The notes under the pieces were generated by a model. The model made no database searches. It was not told where the DNA came from and saw only the letters and a list, made by a program, of their open reading frames with translations. Below, piece by piece: positions 16,711-27,588 of a stretch of DNA of 48,076 bases. The stretch comes from Candidatus Krumholzibacteriia bacterium (lineage in GTDB: Bacteria; Krumholzibacteriota; Krumholzibacteriia; LZORAL124-64-63). The stretch lies in contig JAWOID010000049.1 of assembly GCA_046484865.1 (NCBI GenBank), positions 1 to 48,076 of the forward strand, read 5' to 3'. Each line of letters begins with the position of its first letter. The stretch's first letter is position 1. Position numbers and translations under genes: made by a program.

Positions 16711-17502
16711 ATGGTATCGCGCGCATGGATCCCGACCGTCGTTGTGCTGCTCGCTTCCGCGAACCTGGCCACCGCCGCTGCCGCGTCCGACGACTGGAAG
16801 GTGGTGCTCGAGGACGGCCGCAGCTACGAGGGCACGCTGGTGCGCCTGCAGCCCGGCCGCTACCTGCTGCAGACCGACGACGCGCTCCTGGAACTCACCG
16901 ACGACGACATCGCACCCCGCACGTTCGATCGCCGCCCGCGGGAGGAGGTACCGGCGCGGCCGGTGCGGGAGATCCGCCAGTTCCACGACGTGCACGCCGA
17001 CGGCACCACGACGGCCTCGTGGACCCGTCGCGGCGTGAACCCGAGCGACCGGGCGCTCACGGAGTACCGGTTCGGGTTCGCGCCATGGGAGCAGCGCGTG
17101 GCCGATCAACGCTCCTGGTACGACGGGTTCGGCAACCGGCTGGAGCCGGAGTTCGATCCGCCGCAGTCGAAGTGGAAGCATCCACCCAAGGGTCGCGTCC
17201 AGGTCACGCTCCCGCTGTCGGTGCCCGTGGCCCCCGGCGAGGAGTACTGGATCACCGGCAAGGAGACGTCGCAGCGGATCATGCGGACCAAGGAGGGTCT
17301 GGTCTACCGGTTCGGCGGCGACTTCGCCGAGGACAACCTGCTCTGGCTGAAGGTGCGCCTGCCGGCCGGGGCGGACGTGGTGAGCATCGAGCCGCAGCCG
17401 TCGGCCCGGTTCACCGACGAGGGGCGCGAGTACGTGATGTGGCGGCGCTACTACCGGGCCGGCGACGCCACGCCGCTGACGATCGTCTACACGCTGGATT
17501 GA
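16711..17502 (+). CDS. Secreted hypothetical protein
   Basis: GGAGG RBS, Sec-type signal peptide ending AAAA, third gene of the ECF locus. Confidence 0.75.
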   Translation: MVSRAWIPTVVVLLASANLATAAAASDDWKVVLEDGRSYEGTLVRLQPGRYLLQTDDALLELTDDDIAPRTFDRRPREEVPARPVREIRQFHDVHADGTTTASWTRRGVNPSDRALTEYRFGFAPWEQRVADQRSWYDGFGNRLEPEFDPPQSKWKHPPKGRVQVTLPLSVPVAPGEEYWITGKETSQRIMRTKEGLVYRFGGDFAEDNLLWLKVRLPAGADVVSIEPQPSARFTDEGREYVMWRRYYRAGDATPLTIVYTLD

Positions 17503-17583
17503 TCGGCTTCCCGGAGAATGCGTGCCGCGCCGGCGCGGGGGGGCGCCGGCAGCGGCGCATCCAGTCGAGTCCCGGTTTGGGTT

Positions 17584-17623
17584 GAAAATTGAGCTTGTTG
17601 GGCTCAATTTTCGATGCTAGGCT
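17584..17623 (+). promoter_or_regulatory. Promoter with palindromic operator upstream of the first AAA ATPase
   Basis: GAAAATTGAGC-N7-GCTCAATTTTC; TTGTTG in the loop, 17 bp, then (TGC)TAGGCT ending 6 nt before the ATG. Confidence 0.65.
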
Positions 17624-17629
17624 GCGGCC

Positions 17630-18772
17630 ATGATCATACCACGCGAGCAGCACCTCCAGGAGATCCGCCGCCGCCTCGAACTGGCTCCCGTGGTTGCGAT
17701 CATCGGGGCACGCCAGGTGGGGAAGACGACGTTGGCGGGCATGATCGCCGATGGCTTCGCGGGCGACGTGACCCGCTTCGATCTGGAGGATCCGAAGGAT
17801 CTGGCGCGGCTGAGCGAACCGCAACTCGCGCTGGAGCCGCTCCGGGGCCTGATCGTTCTCGACGAGATCCAGCGCCTGCCCGGGCTCTTCACCTTGCTGC
17901 GGGTCCTCGCGGATCGCCCGGAATCACCGGCGCGCTTCCTGGTGCTCGGGAGCGCTTCGCCAGAGCTGTTGCGCCAGACCGCCGAGACTCTCGCGGGGCG
18001 CATCAGCTATTACGAGCTGCCGGGCTTCGTCCTGCGCGAGGTCGGCGCCGCGGCACATGGCCGTCTGTGGTCGCGGGGGGGGTTCCCCCGTTCGTTCCTG
18101 GCGCCCGACGATGCAGCCAGCGAACTGTGGCGGCAGGACTTCGTGCGGACGCACCTCGAGCGTGATCTGCCCTCCCTCGGCATCAACCTGGCGCCCCAGA
18201 CCATGCGCCGCTTCTGGACGATGGTCGCTCACCTGCACGGGCAACTGTGGAACGGCTCGCGGCTGGGAGCGGCGCTGGGGGTGGCCCATACCACCGCGCG
18301 CGCTTACCTGGATGTGCTGGTGGACACCTACATGGTCCGACTGCTGCCGCCGTGGGTCGCGAACGTCGGCAAGCGTCAGGTGAAGTCGCCCAAGGTCTAC
18401 GTGCGCGACTGCGGTCTGCTGCACGCGCTGCTCGGCATCCTCTCTCCCGAGGACCTGATGGCGCACCCCGTGGTGGGCGCGTCGTGGGAAGGATTCGCCG
18501 CCGAGCAGGTGATCCGCTCCCTGGGCGTCCCGGAGCGCGACTGCTACTTCTGGGCGACCCATGCCGGCGCGGAGCTGGACCTGCTGATCTCCCGAGGGTC
18601 CCGGCTGGAAGGATTCGAGTTCAAGCGAACCCTGGCGCCTTCGGTCACCAGGTCCATGCGCAGTGCGCTGGAGACGCTCGGACTGGAGCGGCTGACGGTG
18701 GTCTATCCGGGAGCGGACGCATTCCCCCTGGCTTCCGACGTGCAGGTCCGACCGGTGTCCGATTTCGCGTGA
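17630..18772 (+). CDS. AAA_14 ATPase with DUF4143 domain
   Basis: GARQVGKT, LDEIQ, LGSAS, ETLAGR, GGFP, VKSPKVYVRDCGLL and YFW...AELDLL...FEFK. Confidence 0.92.
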   Translation: MIIPREQHLQEIRRRLELAPVVAIIGARQVGKTTLAGMIADGFAGDVTRFDLEDPKDLARLSEPQLALEPLRGLIVLDEIQRLPGLFTLLRVLADRPESPARFLVLGSASPELLRQTAETLAGRISYYELPGFVLREVGAAAHGRLWSRGGFPRSFLAPDDAASELWRQDFVRTHLERDLPSLGINLAPQTMRRFWTMVAHLHGQLWNGSRLGAALGVAHTTARAYLDVLVDTYMVRLLPPWVANVGKRQVKSPKVYVRDCGLLHALLGILSPEDLMAHPVVGASWEGFAAEQVIRSLGVPERDCYFWATHAGAELDLLISRGSRLEGFEFKRTLAPSVTRSMRSALETLGLERLTVVYPGADAFPLASDVQVRPVSDFA

Positions 18773-18826
18773 CGACCGTGGCTAGACCGGGTCGACCCGC
18801 CACAACGTGCAGCAACGGCGATTCCG

Positions 18827-18879
18827 TTGACAAAGTCACCGCCCTGTGTAAATCTAAACTTGAAATTTCGATTTACACA
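18827..18879 (+). promoter_or_regulatory. Promoter with palindromic operator upstream of the second AAA ATPase
   Basis: TTGACA at 18827 followed by TGTGTAAATCTAAA-N7-TTTCGATTTACACA (13/14 paired). Confidence 0.65.
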
Positions 18880-18893
18880 CAGAGGCGGTGGCC

Positions 18894-20060
18894 GTGGCGA
18901 GCTGGATTCCACGCCTGGGAATGAAGACGCTGCACCAGCTGGCCCGCGGGTTCCCCGTCGTCTCCGTCACGGGGCCACGCCAGTCGGGCAAGTCCACGCT
19001 CGCCAGAGCCGCGTTTCCCGACCACCCGTACGTCACCCTCGAACTCCCGGCGGATCTCGACTGGGCACGGACCGACCCGACTGGATTCCTCGATCGCTTT
19101 CCCGAGGGTGCGATCCTGGACGAGATCCAGCGGTGCCCGGAGCTGTTCTCCCACCTGCAGGTCCGCGTGGACGAGAATCGCAGCATGGGCCAGTACGTGA
19201 TCACCGGCTCGCAGCAGTTCGGGATGAACGAGCGGATCTCGCAGTCTCTGGCCGGGCGCGTCGGGGGAATCGTCCTGCTGCCGTTCACGCGGGAGGAGAT
19301 CGCAGGCGCCGGTCGTGCTCCGTCCAGCCTCGATGCACAGCTGACGACCGGCTTCTACCCGGCCATCTACGATCGAGACCTCGCACCTCACCTCTGGTAC
19401 GGCAACTACGTGAGCACGTACGTGGAGAGAGACGTGCGGCAGATCCAGGCCATCCGCGACCTCGAGACCTTCCGCACCTTCCTGCGGCTCTGCGCCGGCA
19501 GGACCGCTCAGCTCTTGAACCTTGCGAGTCTCGCGAACGATGTCGGGATCAGTGCCGTCGCGGCGCGCCAGTGGGTTTCGATCCTGCAGGCCAGTTACAT
19601 CGTCCACCTGCTGCCGCCGTACCATCGCAACTTCAACAAGCGGCTGGTGAAGTCTCCGAAGCTCTACTTCCTCGACTGCGGACTCGCGGCGCATCTGGTC
19701 GGCATCAGCGAGCCCCAGCAGGTGACCGCTCACCCGCTGCGTGGTCCGCTGTTCGAGACCTACGTCGTCGGCGAGATGCTGAAACGCCGCTTCAACGCCG
19801 GCCGGGCAGCCGACCTGTTCTTCTGGCGCGACAGTCACGGGCACGAGGTGGACGTGCTGCGACAGGACGGGCCCCGCGTCACGACCGTCGAAGCGAAGGC
19901 GGGCGCCACGGTGGACTCCGCCCAGCTTGCGGGGCTGGAGTACTGGCGATCCTTGGCGGGTACCGAGGCGGGTGCGTCCTACCTGGTCCATGGGGGAAAC
20001 ACCCGCGGCCGGCGCGGCGGCTGCGAGATCCTGCCCTGGACGGATGCGGGAGCGATCTGA
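18894..20060 (+). CDS. AAA_14 ATPase with DUF4143 domain
   Basis: GPRQSGKS, LDEIQ, TGSQQ, QSLAGR, YVERDVR, VKSPKLYFLDCGL and FFWRD..GHEVD...VEAK. Start is GTG at 18888 or 18894. Confidence 0.92.
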   Translation: MASWIPRLGMKTLHQLARGFPVVSVTGPRQSGKSTLARAAFPDHPYVTLELPADLDWARTDPTGFLDRFPEGAILDEIQRCPELFSHLQVRVDENRSMGQYVITGSQQFGMNERISQSLAGRVGGIVLLPFTREEIAGAGRAPSSLDAQLTTGFYPAIYDRDLAPHLWYGNYVSTYVERDVRQIQAIRDLETFRTFLRLCAGRTAQLLNLASLANDVGISAVAARQWVSILQASYIVHLLPPYHRNFNKRLVKSPKLYFLDCGLAAHLVGISEPQQVTAHPLRGPLFETYVVGEMLKRRFNAGRAADLFFWRDSHGHEVDVLRQDGPRVTTVEAKAGATVDSAQLAGLEYWRSLAGTEAGASYLVHGGNTRGRRGGCEILPWTDAGAI

Positions 20061-20078
20061 GTCCGCGCCAGATCTACG

Positions 20079-20360
20079 TCAAAGAACCGAACCGACGACC
20101 ACCGTCCATTCCCGGATCCGCCATCCGGTCACCAGTCCGTTGACCACGTAGGGATCCTTCTCGACGAATTCCTCGATCTCCGCTTCGTTCTCCACGTTGA
20201 ACACGAGGACAGCGCCGTCCGCCGGGTTGGCGAAAGCGCCTCCCAGGACCAGCTCGCCCCGGTCGACGTACTCCCCCACCAGTGCCAGATGGGCTTCCCG
20301 GTAGGCCGCTCGCCGCTCGACGATGTTCTCGACGTAGTCGTAAAACAGCAGGAAATACAC
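20079..20360 (-). CDS. YciI family protein
   Basis: RAAYREAHL, LGGAFANPADGAVLVF and DPYVVNGLV; AGGAGA RBS before the GTG. Confidence 0.9.
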   Translation of the reverse strand: MYFLLFYDYVENIVERRAAYREAHLALVGEYVDRGELVLGGAFANPADGAVLVFNVENEAEIEEFVEKDPYVVNGLVTGWRIREWTVVVGSVL

Positions 20361-20412
20361 GGTTTCTCCTGTCCGAACGACCCCTGGCGCACGACCACGG
20401 AGCGCCGCCGTC

Positions 20413-23076
20413 CTACTCGACGACGCTTCTGCCCTCGAGCCCGCCCTCGCCCACGGGCTCGCCTTCCTCGTCCCCCTCTTCGCCCTCCACCAGCGCCATG
20501 TTCGCCACCTTGTCCCCATTCCCCAGGTTGATGATCCGCACGCCCTGGGTGTTGCGCCCCTGGCGCGACACCGACGCGACCGCGATGCGGATGATCACGC
20601 CGCTGCGGGTGATCACCATCAGCTCGTCGCTCTCCCACACGTTCCGGATCGCCAGCAGGCGGCCGTTCCGCTCGGAGCAACGGATCGTGATCAGGCCCTT
20701 GCCGCCCCGGCCCTGGGTGCGGTACTCCGCCAGCGGCGTCCGCTTGCCGTAGCCGTTCTCGGTGATGGCCAGCAGGTCCTGGTCCTTCGCCGCGAGGCCG
20801 TGCAGCGAGTACTTCGCCTCCTCGTCGGCCGCCCCGGAAACGCCGGCCGTGTCGCCGGCGCCGCCGACGGCCCCGCCGATGTCCTCGGCCGGCGGGATCA
20901 TCTCGTCCATCTCGCCGTTGCGCGGCACCACGACCATGCCGACGCACTCCTGGCCCTTGCCGAGCGCGATGCCCTTCACGCCGCGGGCCGTGCGGCCCAT
21001 GGCGCGCACGTCGTCCTCGTGGAACTGGATGGCGAGGCCGCTCGACGAGGCCAGGATGATGTTCGACTTCCCGTCCGTCTCGCGCACCGCCACCAGCCGC
21101 TCGCCGTCGAGCAAGCTGATCGCGATGATGCCCGCCTTGCGCGGTCGCGAGAAGTCCACCAGCGGGGTGCGCTTGATCACGCCGAGGTTCGTCACCATGG
21201 CCAGGTAGTGGTCGGGACGGAACTCGCGCACCGGCAGCACCGCGTGCACGTGATCGCCCGGCATGATCTGGATCATGTTGACGATCGGCTTGCCGCGCGA
21301 CTGCCGGCCGCCCTTGGGCACCTCGTGCACCTTCAGCCAGTGCAGCACGCCCTTCTGGGTGATGACCAGCAGGTACTGGTGCGCCGACGCGATGAAGAGG
21401 TTGTCGACGAAATCCTCTTCCTTGGTCTGCATGCCGCTGATGCCGCGGCCACCGCGACCCTGCTGCCGGTAGGTGTCGAGCGGGATGCGCTTGGCGTACC
21501 CCTGGTTCGAGATCGTCACCACCATGTCCTCGTCGGCGATGAGGTCCTCGATGTCGATCTCGCCCTCGTCCTCGACGATCTCGGTGCGGCGATCATCGCC
21601 GTACCGGTCGCGGATATCCTGCAGCTCGTCCTTGATGATCTGCAGCACCAGCGCGCGCGACGCGAGGATGGCCTTCAGCTCGGTGATCTTCTCGATCAGC
21701 GCGCGGTACTCGTCCTCGATCTTCTGCCGCTCGAGCCCGGTGAGGCGCGCCAGGCGGAGGTCGAGAATGGCCTGCGCCTGGATCTCGCTCAGCCCGAACT
21801 GCGACTGCAGACCGTTGCGCGCCACCTCGGGCGACTCGCTCTGGCGGATGAGCTGCACGATCGCGTCGATGTGGTCGAGCGCGATGCGGTAGCCCTCGAG
21901 GATGTGCGCCCGCTCCTCCGCCTTGCGCAACTCGTAGCGGGTGCGGCGAACCACCACCTCCTCGCGGAAGGCGAGGAACTCCTGCATCGTCTCCTTCAGC
22001 GACATCACCTTGGGCCGCTGGCCGACCAGGGCCAGGTTGATGACGCCGAACGTGGCCTGCAGGAAGGTGTGCGAGTAGAGCTTGTTGAGCACCACCTGCG
22101 GGAACGCGTCGCGCTTGAGGACGACGACGATGCGCATGCCCTCGCGATCGCTCTCGTCGCGCAGGTCGCTGATGCCCTCGATGGTGCCGGCGCGCACCAG
22201 GTTGGCGATCTTCTCGATGAGCGTGGCCTTGTTCACCTGGTACGGAATCTCGGTGATGATGATCTTGGCGCGCCCGCCCTCCTCGATCTCGATATCCGTG
22301 CGCGCGCGCACGACCACGCGGCCGCGGCCGGTGGTCACGTAGTCGAAGATGCCGCGCCGGCCGTGGATGATGCCGCCGGTGGGGAAGTCGGGGCCGTGCA
22401 CGTACTCGAGCATCTCGTGCGGTTCCAGGTCCGGGTCGTCGAGCAGCGCCACGCAGCCGTCCACCACCTCGCGCAGGTTGTGCGGCGGGATCTTCGTCGC
22501 CATGCCCACCGCGATGCCGTCCGCCCCGTTGACGAGCAGGTTCGGCACCGCCGACGGCATCACGCTCGGCATCTCGCGCGAGCCGTCGTAGTTCGGGACG
22601 AAGTCGACGGTCTCCTTGTCGAGGTCCCGCATGATGTCGGTGGCGAACGCGGTGAGCCGCGCCTCGGTGTACCGTTCGGCCGCCGCCGAGTCGCCGTCCA
22701 CGCTGCCGAAGTTCCCCTGCCCGTCGACCAGCGGATACCGCAGCGAGAAGCTCTGCGCCATGCGCACGAGGGTGTCGTACACCGACGCCGTGCCGTGAGG
22801 ATGGTAGTTACCGGTGGTGTCACCGGTGATCTTCGCGGATTTGCGGTACGGCCGGCCCGGCTGCAGGTTCAGGTCGTTCATGGCCGCCAGGACGCGGCGA
22901 TGGACCGGCTTCAGCCCGTCGCGGACGTCCGGCAGCGCGCGCGAGATGATGACCGACATCGAGTACTCGAGATACGACTTGCGCATCTTCTCCTCGATGC
23001 CGACCTCGCGGATGGTCTCGCCCGAAGCGAGGTGCTCGATGCGGTCGTCGTTGTTCTTGCCGTTGCCGTCGGCCAT
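20413..23076 (-). CDS. gyrA: DNA gyrase subunit A
   Basis: [32 protein letters not shown], GyrA-box QGRGGRG and beta-pinwheel repeats. Confidence 0.99.
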   Translation of the reverse strand: MADGNGKNNDDRIEHLASGETIREVGIEEKMRKSYLEYSMSVIISRALPDVRDGLKPVHRRVLAAMNDLNLQPGRPYRKSAKITGDTTGNYHPHGTASVYDTLVRMAQSFSLRYPLVDGQGNFGSVDGDSAAAERYTEARLTAFATDIMRDLDKETVDFVPNYDGSREMPSVMPSAVPNLLVNGADGIAVGMATKIPPHNLREVVDGCVALLDDPDLEPHEMLEYVHGPDFPTGGIIHGRRGIFDYVTTGRGRVVVRARTDIEIEEGGRAKIIITEIPYQVNKATLIEKIANLVRAGTIEGISDLRDESDREGMRIVVVLKRDAFPQVVLNKLYSHTFLQATFGVINLALVGQRPKVMSLKETMQEFLAFREEVVVRRTRYELRKAEERAHILEGYRIALDHIDAIVQLIRQSESPEVARNGLQSQFGLSEIQAQAILDLRLARLTGLERQKIEDEYRALIEKITELKAILASRALVLQIIKDELQDIRDRYGDDRRTEIVEDEGEIDIEDLIADEDMVVTISNQGYAKRIPLDTYRQQGRGGRGISGMQTKEEDFVDNLFIASAHQYLLVITQKGVLHWLKVHEVPKGGRQSRGKPIVNMIQIMPGDHVHAVLPVREFRPDHYLAMVTNLGVIKRTPLVDFSRPRKAGIIAISLLDGERLVAVRETDGKSNIILASSSGLAIQFHEDDVRAMGRTARGVKGIALGKGQECVGMVVVPRNGEMDEMIPPAEDIGGAVGGAGDTAGVSGAADEEAKYSLHGLAAKDQDLLAITENGYGKRTPLAEYRTQGRGGKGLITIRCSERNGRLLAIRNVWESDELMVITRSGVIIRIAVASVSRQGRNTQGVRIINLGNGDKVANMALVEGEEGDEEGEPVGEGGLEGRSVVE

Positions 23077-23162
23077 TCTCTCTGCTCTCCTGCTGAATGG
23101 TGGCCCGGGGGGGTCTGCCCTTCGTCATCCGGTCGGCCTTCGATGGCCAGGAACGGTGCGGG

Positions 23163-23301
23163 GCGGACGCGGGGAGAGGCACACCGCTGGGGGTCGCGGG
23201 GTTTGTGCCATCCTCCTCGACGTCGCGTCGCCGCCGCCGGGGTGTGCGAACGCTGATCCTGGGTTCAACGCCCCCAGCGGTGTGCCTCTCCCCACGTCCG
23301 C
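23163..23301. repeat. 139-bp hairpin element, copy A
   Basis: 31-bp arms at 23163-23193 and 23271-23301, 30/31 complementary. Confidence 0.9.
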
Positions 23302-23467
23302 GGCGGCCTCGATGCTGGTCGCGAGGTCGCCGGGAAGAAGAAGAGTGTCAGGCCTCCCGAAATACGCTCGCCGGGTGCCCCGGACATTGCCGGCACGGAG
23401 CGGCCACAACGTTCTCCGTCCCTCGCCAGGTTACCCGGGGAACCCGTGGCCCGGGATTGCGAACTCG

Positions 23468-23483
23468 GTGTACCCGGGTACAC
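23468..23483. repeat. Perfect 16-bp palindrome GTGTACCCGGGTACAC
   Basis: Identical to the copies at 8107 and 8184; lies near the midpoint between the two hairpin elements. Confidence 0.9.
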
Positions 23484-23631
23484 TGGCTCGCACCTCCGGC
23501 CCGCGACCTCGAATACGATTGCCTTGGGAACCTTCGCCCATCGCCGCCGATCGCACCGCCGCCCCCGGCAAGAACGCTTCTGGTCTCCCTGGATACGCTC
23601 CCTCTGACGCCGCCACCCACGTCCTCGAGGT

Positions 23632-23770
23632 GCGACGGAGGGCACAGGTACGCCGCTGGGGGCGTTGAACCTAGATCGGCGCTCGCACATCCCGGCGGCG
23701 GCGACGCGACGACCGGCGAGGATGGCACAAACCCCGCGACCCCCAGCGGCGTACCTGTGCCCTCCGTCGC
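23632..23770. repeat. 139-bp hairpin element, copy B (inverted relative to A)
   Basis: 31-bp arms at 23632-23662 and 23740-23770, 31/31 complementary; the 77-nt interior is a near reverse complement of the interior of A. Confidence 0.9.
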
Positions 23771-23792
23771 CCAGCCCGGCCCACGTGGCGGC

Positions 23793-25796
<2,004 letters not shown>

Positions 25797-25859
25797 TCAG
25801 CCACGGCGCCGGCCCCGGTCGGGCGGCGCCGCGGTGGTCTCGATTCTCGATATCTCATG

Positions 25860-26303
25860 TCAACGCCGGTTGTCGCCCTGGCGTCCCCGCGTGAACCGCC
25901 GTTCCCAGCGGATCTCGCGGACCGTCCCCTCGCCGAACTCCCGGTTGTAACGGTCCTTGATCTGGGGCATCAGCAACGTCAGCTCCTGGCGCCAGGCGCC
26001 GTGGTCGGCGTCGAGCGTCAGCACCCCGTCCTCGAGCGAGATCGCCTGCGAGTGCCGCGCGATCTTCTCGCCCACCATCCGCGGCCAGGCCTCCAGCTTG
26101 TGCAGGCTGTCCAGGCGGTCGCCCAGGCCGCACCCGCGCAGCGCGCTCTGCAGCAGGTCGCCGATGACGGGCGGCCCGAACCGCGGGCTGCTCGGGCGGG
26201 GGCCCGGCTGGCCGGGCCGGCCGGCGTGCGGACTGCCCGGCCGGGTGCCCGGCGGGCTGCTCGGCCCTTGGCCCTTCTTCGGGGAGTCGTCGCGGTCAAA
26301 CAT
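25860..26303 (-). CDS. dciA: DUF721/DciA family protein
   Basis: Position between recF and gyrB; EAWPRMVGEKIARHSQ...DGVLTL...AWRQEL motif. Confidence 0.82.
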   Translation of the reverse strand: MFDRDDSPKKGQGPSSPPGTRPGSPHAGRPGQPGPRPSSPRFGPPVIGDLLQSALRGCGLGDRLDSLHKLEAWPRMVGEKIARHSQAISLEDGVLTLDADHGAWRQELTLLMPQIKDRYNREFGEGTVREIRWERRFTRGRQGDNRR

Positions 26304-27585
26304 CGTCACCCACGGTCAGCACGCCGGCGGCCACGGTCCACACCTTGCGGTGGGCCGGGCGCCAGCCGGCCACGTCCTCGGCGCGCGCCGTGGCCACCAG
26401 GAGCTGGTGATCGGCGACCGCCAGGTCCTGCAGGCGGCGGGCCCGCTCGCGATCCAGTTCGCTGAAGATGTCGTCCAGGAAGAGCACGGGCCGGACCTGT
26501 CGCCGGCGATGCACGACCTCGCTCTGGCCCAGGACCAGGGCGACGGCCGCCGTGCGGGTCTCGCCCTGCGATCCGTACCGCCGCAGGTCCTGCCCGTCCA
26601 GGCGCACCTCCAGGTCGTCGCGCTGCGGCCCGCTCAGGGGCCGCCCACGGCGCACCTCATCCGGCCAAATATAGTCAAACTCTCGGAATATTTCCTGCTC
26701 GAGATCGTCTTTTTCTGGGCCTTCCAGAGGCCTCTCCGGCGAGATCTGCGGCGGGTCGCCGACCTCTCCCTCGGACGATGCCGGTCGAGGGGCCCCGGAA
26801 ACGCTGCCAGGGCCGCCGTCAGCGGCCCTCTCCAGACTCTCTTCGGTGCGCCTCGCTGCCGCGGCCGCCGCCCGCGCCGCTTCCATCTGAGGACGATATT
26901 CTGTGCTCAGTTCTGCGCGCGGATCGGTGAGCCGGCCGTGGGCGGCCCTCGCGGCGGGGTCGAGATCGGCGAGGTACCGGGCGCGGCCGCGGATCACGGC
27001 CGCCGCGTGGTGTGCCAGCTCGGTGTTCCAGGCGCGCACCTCGTCGCCGACCTCGGCCGTGGAGACAAGCCGGCGCTTGAGATCACGCAGGATGCTCGCC
27101 TTCTGGCGCAGGGCGCGATGGTAGGCGGTGAGCGACGCCAGGTAGGCGGGGTCGATGAGCGACAGGCCGCGGTCGAGGAACCGGCGCCGCTGTTCCGGGC
27201 CCTCGCGCACGAGCCGGACCGTCTCGGGGTCGAAGTAGACGGCGGCCAGTCTCCCCACCAGTTCCGACTGCAGGGCCACCACCTCGCCGTCCACCCGGTA
27301 GCGGCGTCCGCCCGCGCGGTCGATGCCGTACTCGAACCGGTGGCCGCGGCCGGGCGCCTCTTCCACGGTGACGGCCACGTGCAGGGCGTCGCTGCCGAAG
27401 GCGACCAGGTCGTCGTGGCGGGCGCCGCGATGGGAGCGGCCGAGGGCGGGGAAGTGCAGGGCCTCGAGGAGGTTGGTCTTGCCCTGGCCGTTGGGCCCCA
27501 GGACGATGTTCACTCCCGGGGCCAGGTCGAGATCGACGTCGGCCAGGTTCCGGAAGCCGGTGATCCTGGCCGACACGATGCGCAT
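26296..27585 (-). CDS. recF: DNA replication/repair protein RecF
   Basis: GFRNL, GPNGQGKTNLLEA, GPEQRRRFLD, GPQRDDL, GSQGE and LDDIFSELD. Confidence 0.97.
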   Translation of the reverse strand: MRIVSARITGFRNLADVDLDLAPGVNIVLGPNGQGKTNLLEALHFPALGRSHRGARHDDLVAFGSDALHVAVTVEEAPGRGHRFEYGIDRAGGRRYRVDGEVVALQSELVGRLAAVYFDPETVRLVREGPEQRRRFLDRGLSLIDPAYLASLTAYHRALRQKASILRDLKRRLVSTAEVGDEVRAWNTELAHHAAAVIRGRARYLADLDPAARAAHGRLTDPRAELSTEYRPQMEAARAAAAAARRTEESLERAADGGPGSVSGAPRPASSEGEVGDPPQISPERPLEGPEKDDLEQEIFREFDYIWPDEVRRGRPLSGPQRDDLEVRLDGQDLRRYGSQGETRTAAVALVLGQSEVVHRRRQVRPVLFLDDIFSELDRERARRLQDLAVADHQLLVATARAEDVAGWRPAHRKVWTVAAGVLTVGDDV

Positions 27586-27588
27586 GGT

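Noticed and set aside
1..20060. Prophage or integrative element explaining the accessory region
   Set aside because: No integrase, transposase, phage structural gene, tRNA or clear att pair was recognised in the window.
23163..23770. Hairpin elements as integron attC sites or simple terminators
   Set aside because: No RYYYAAC/GTTRRRY ends, no cassette ORFs or integrase, no U-tracts, and the loops are 77 nt.
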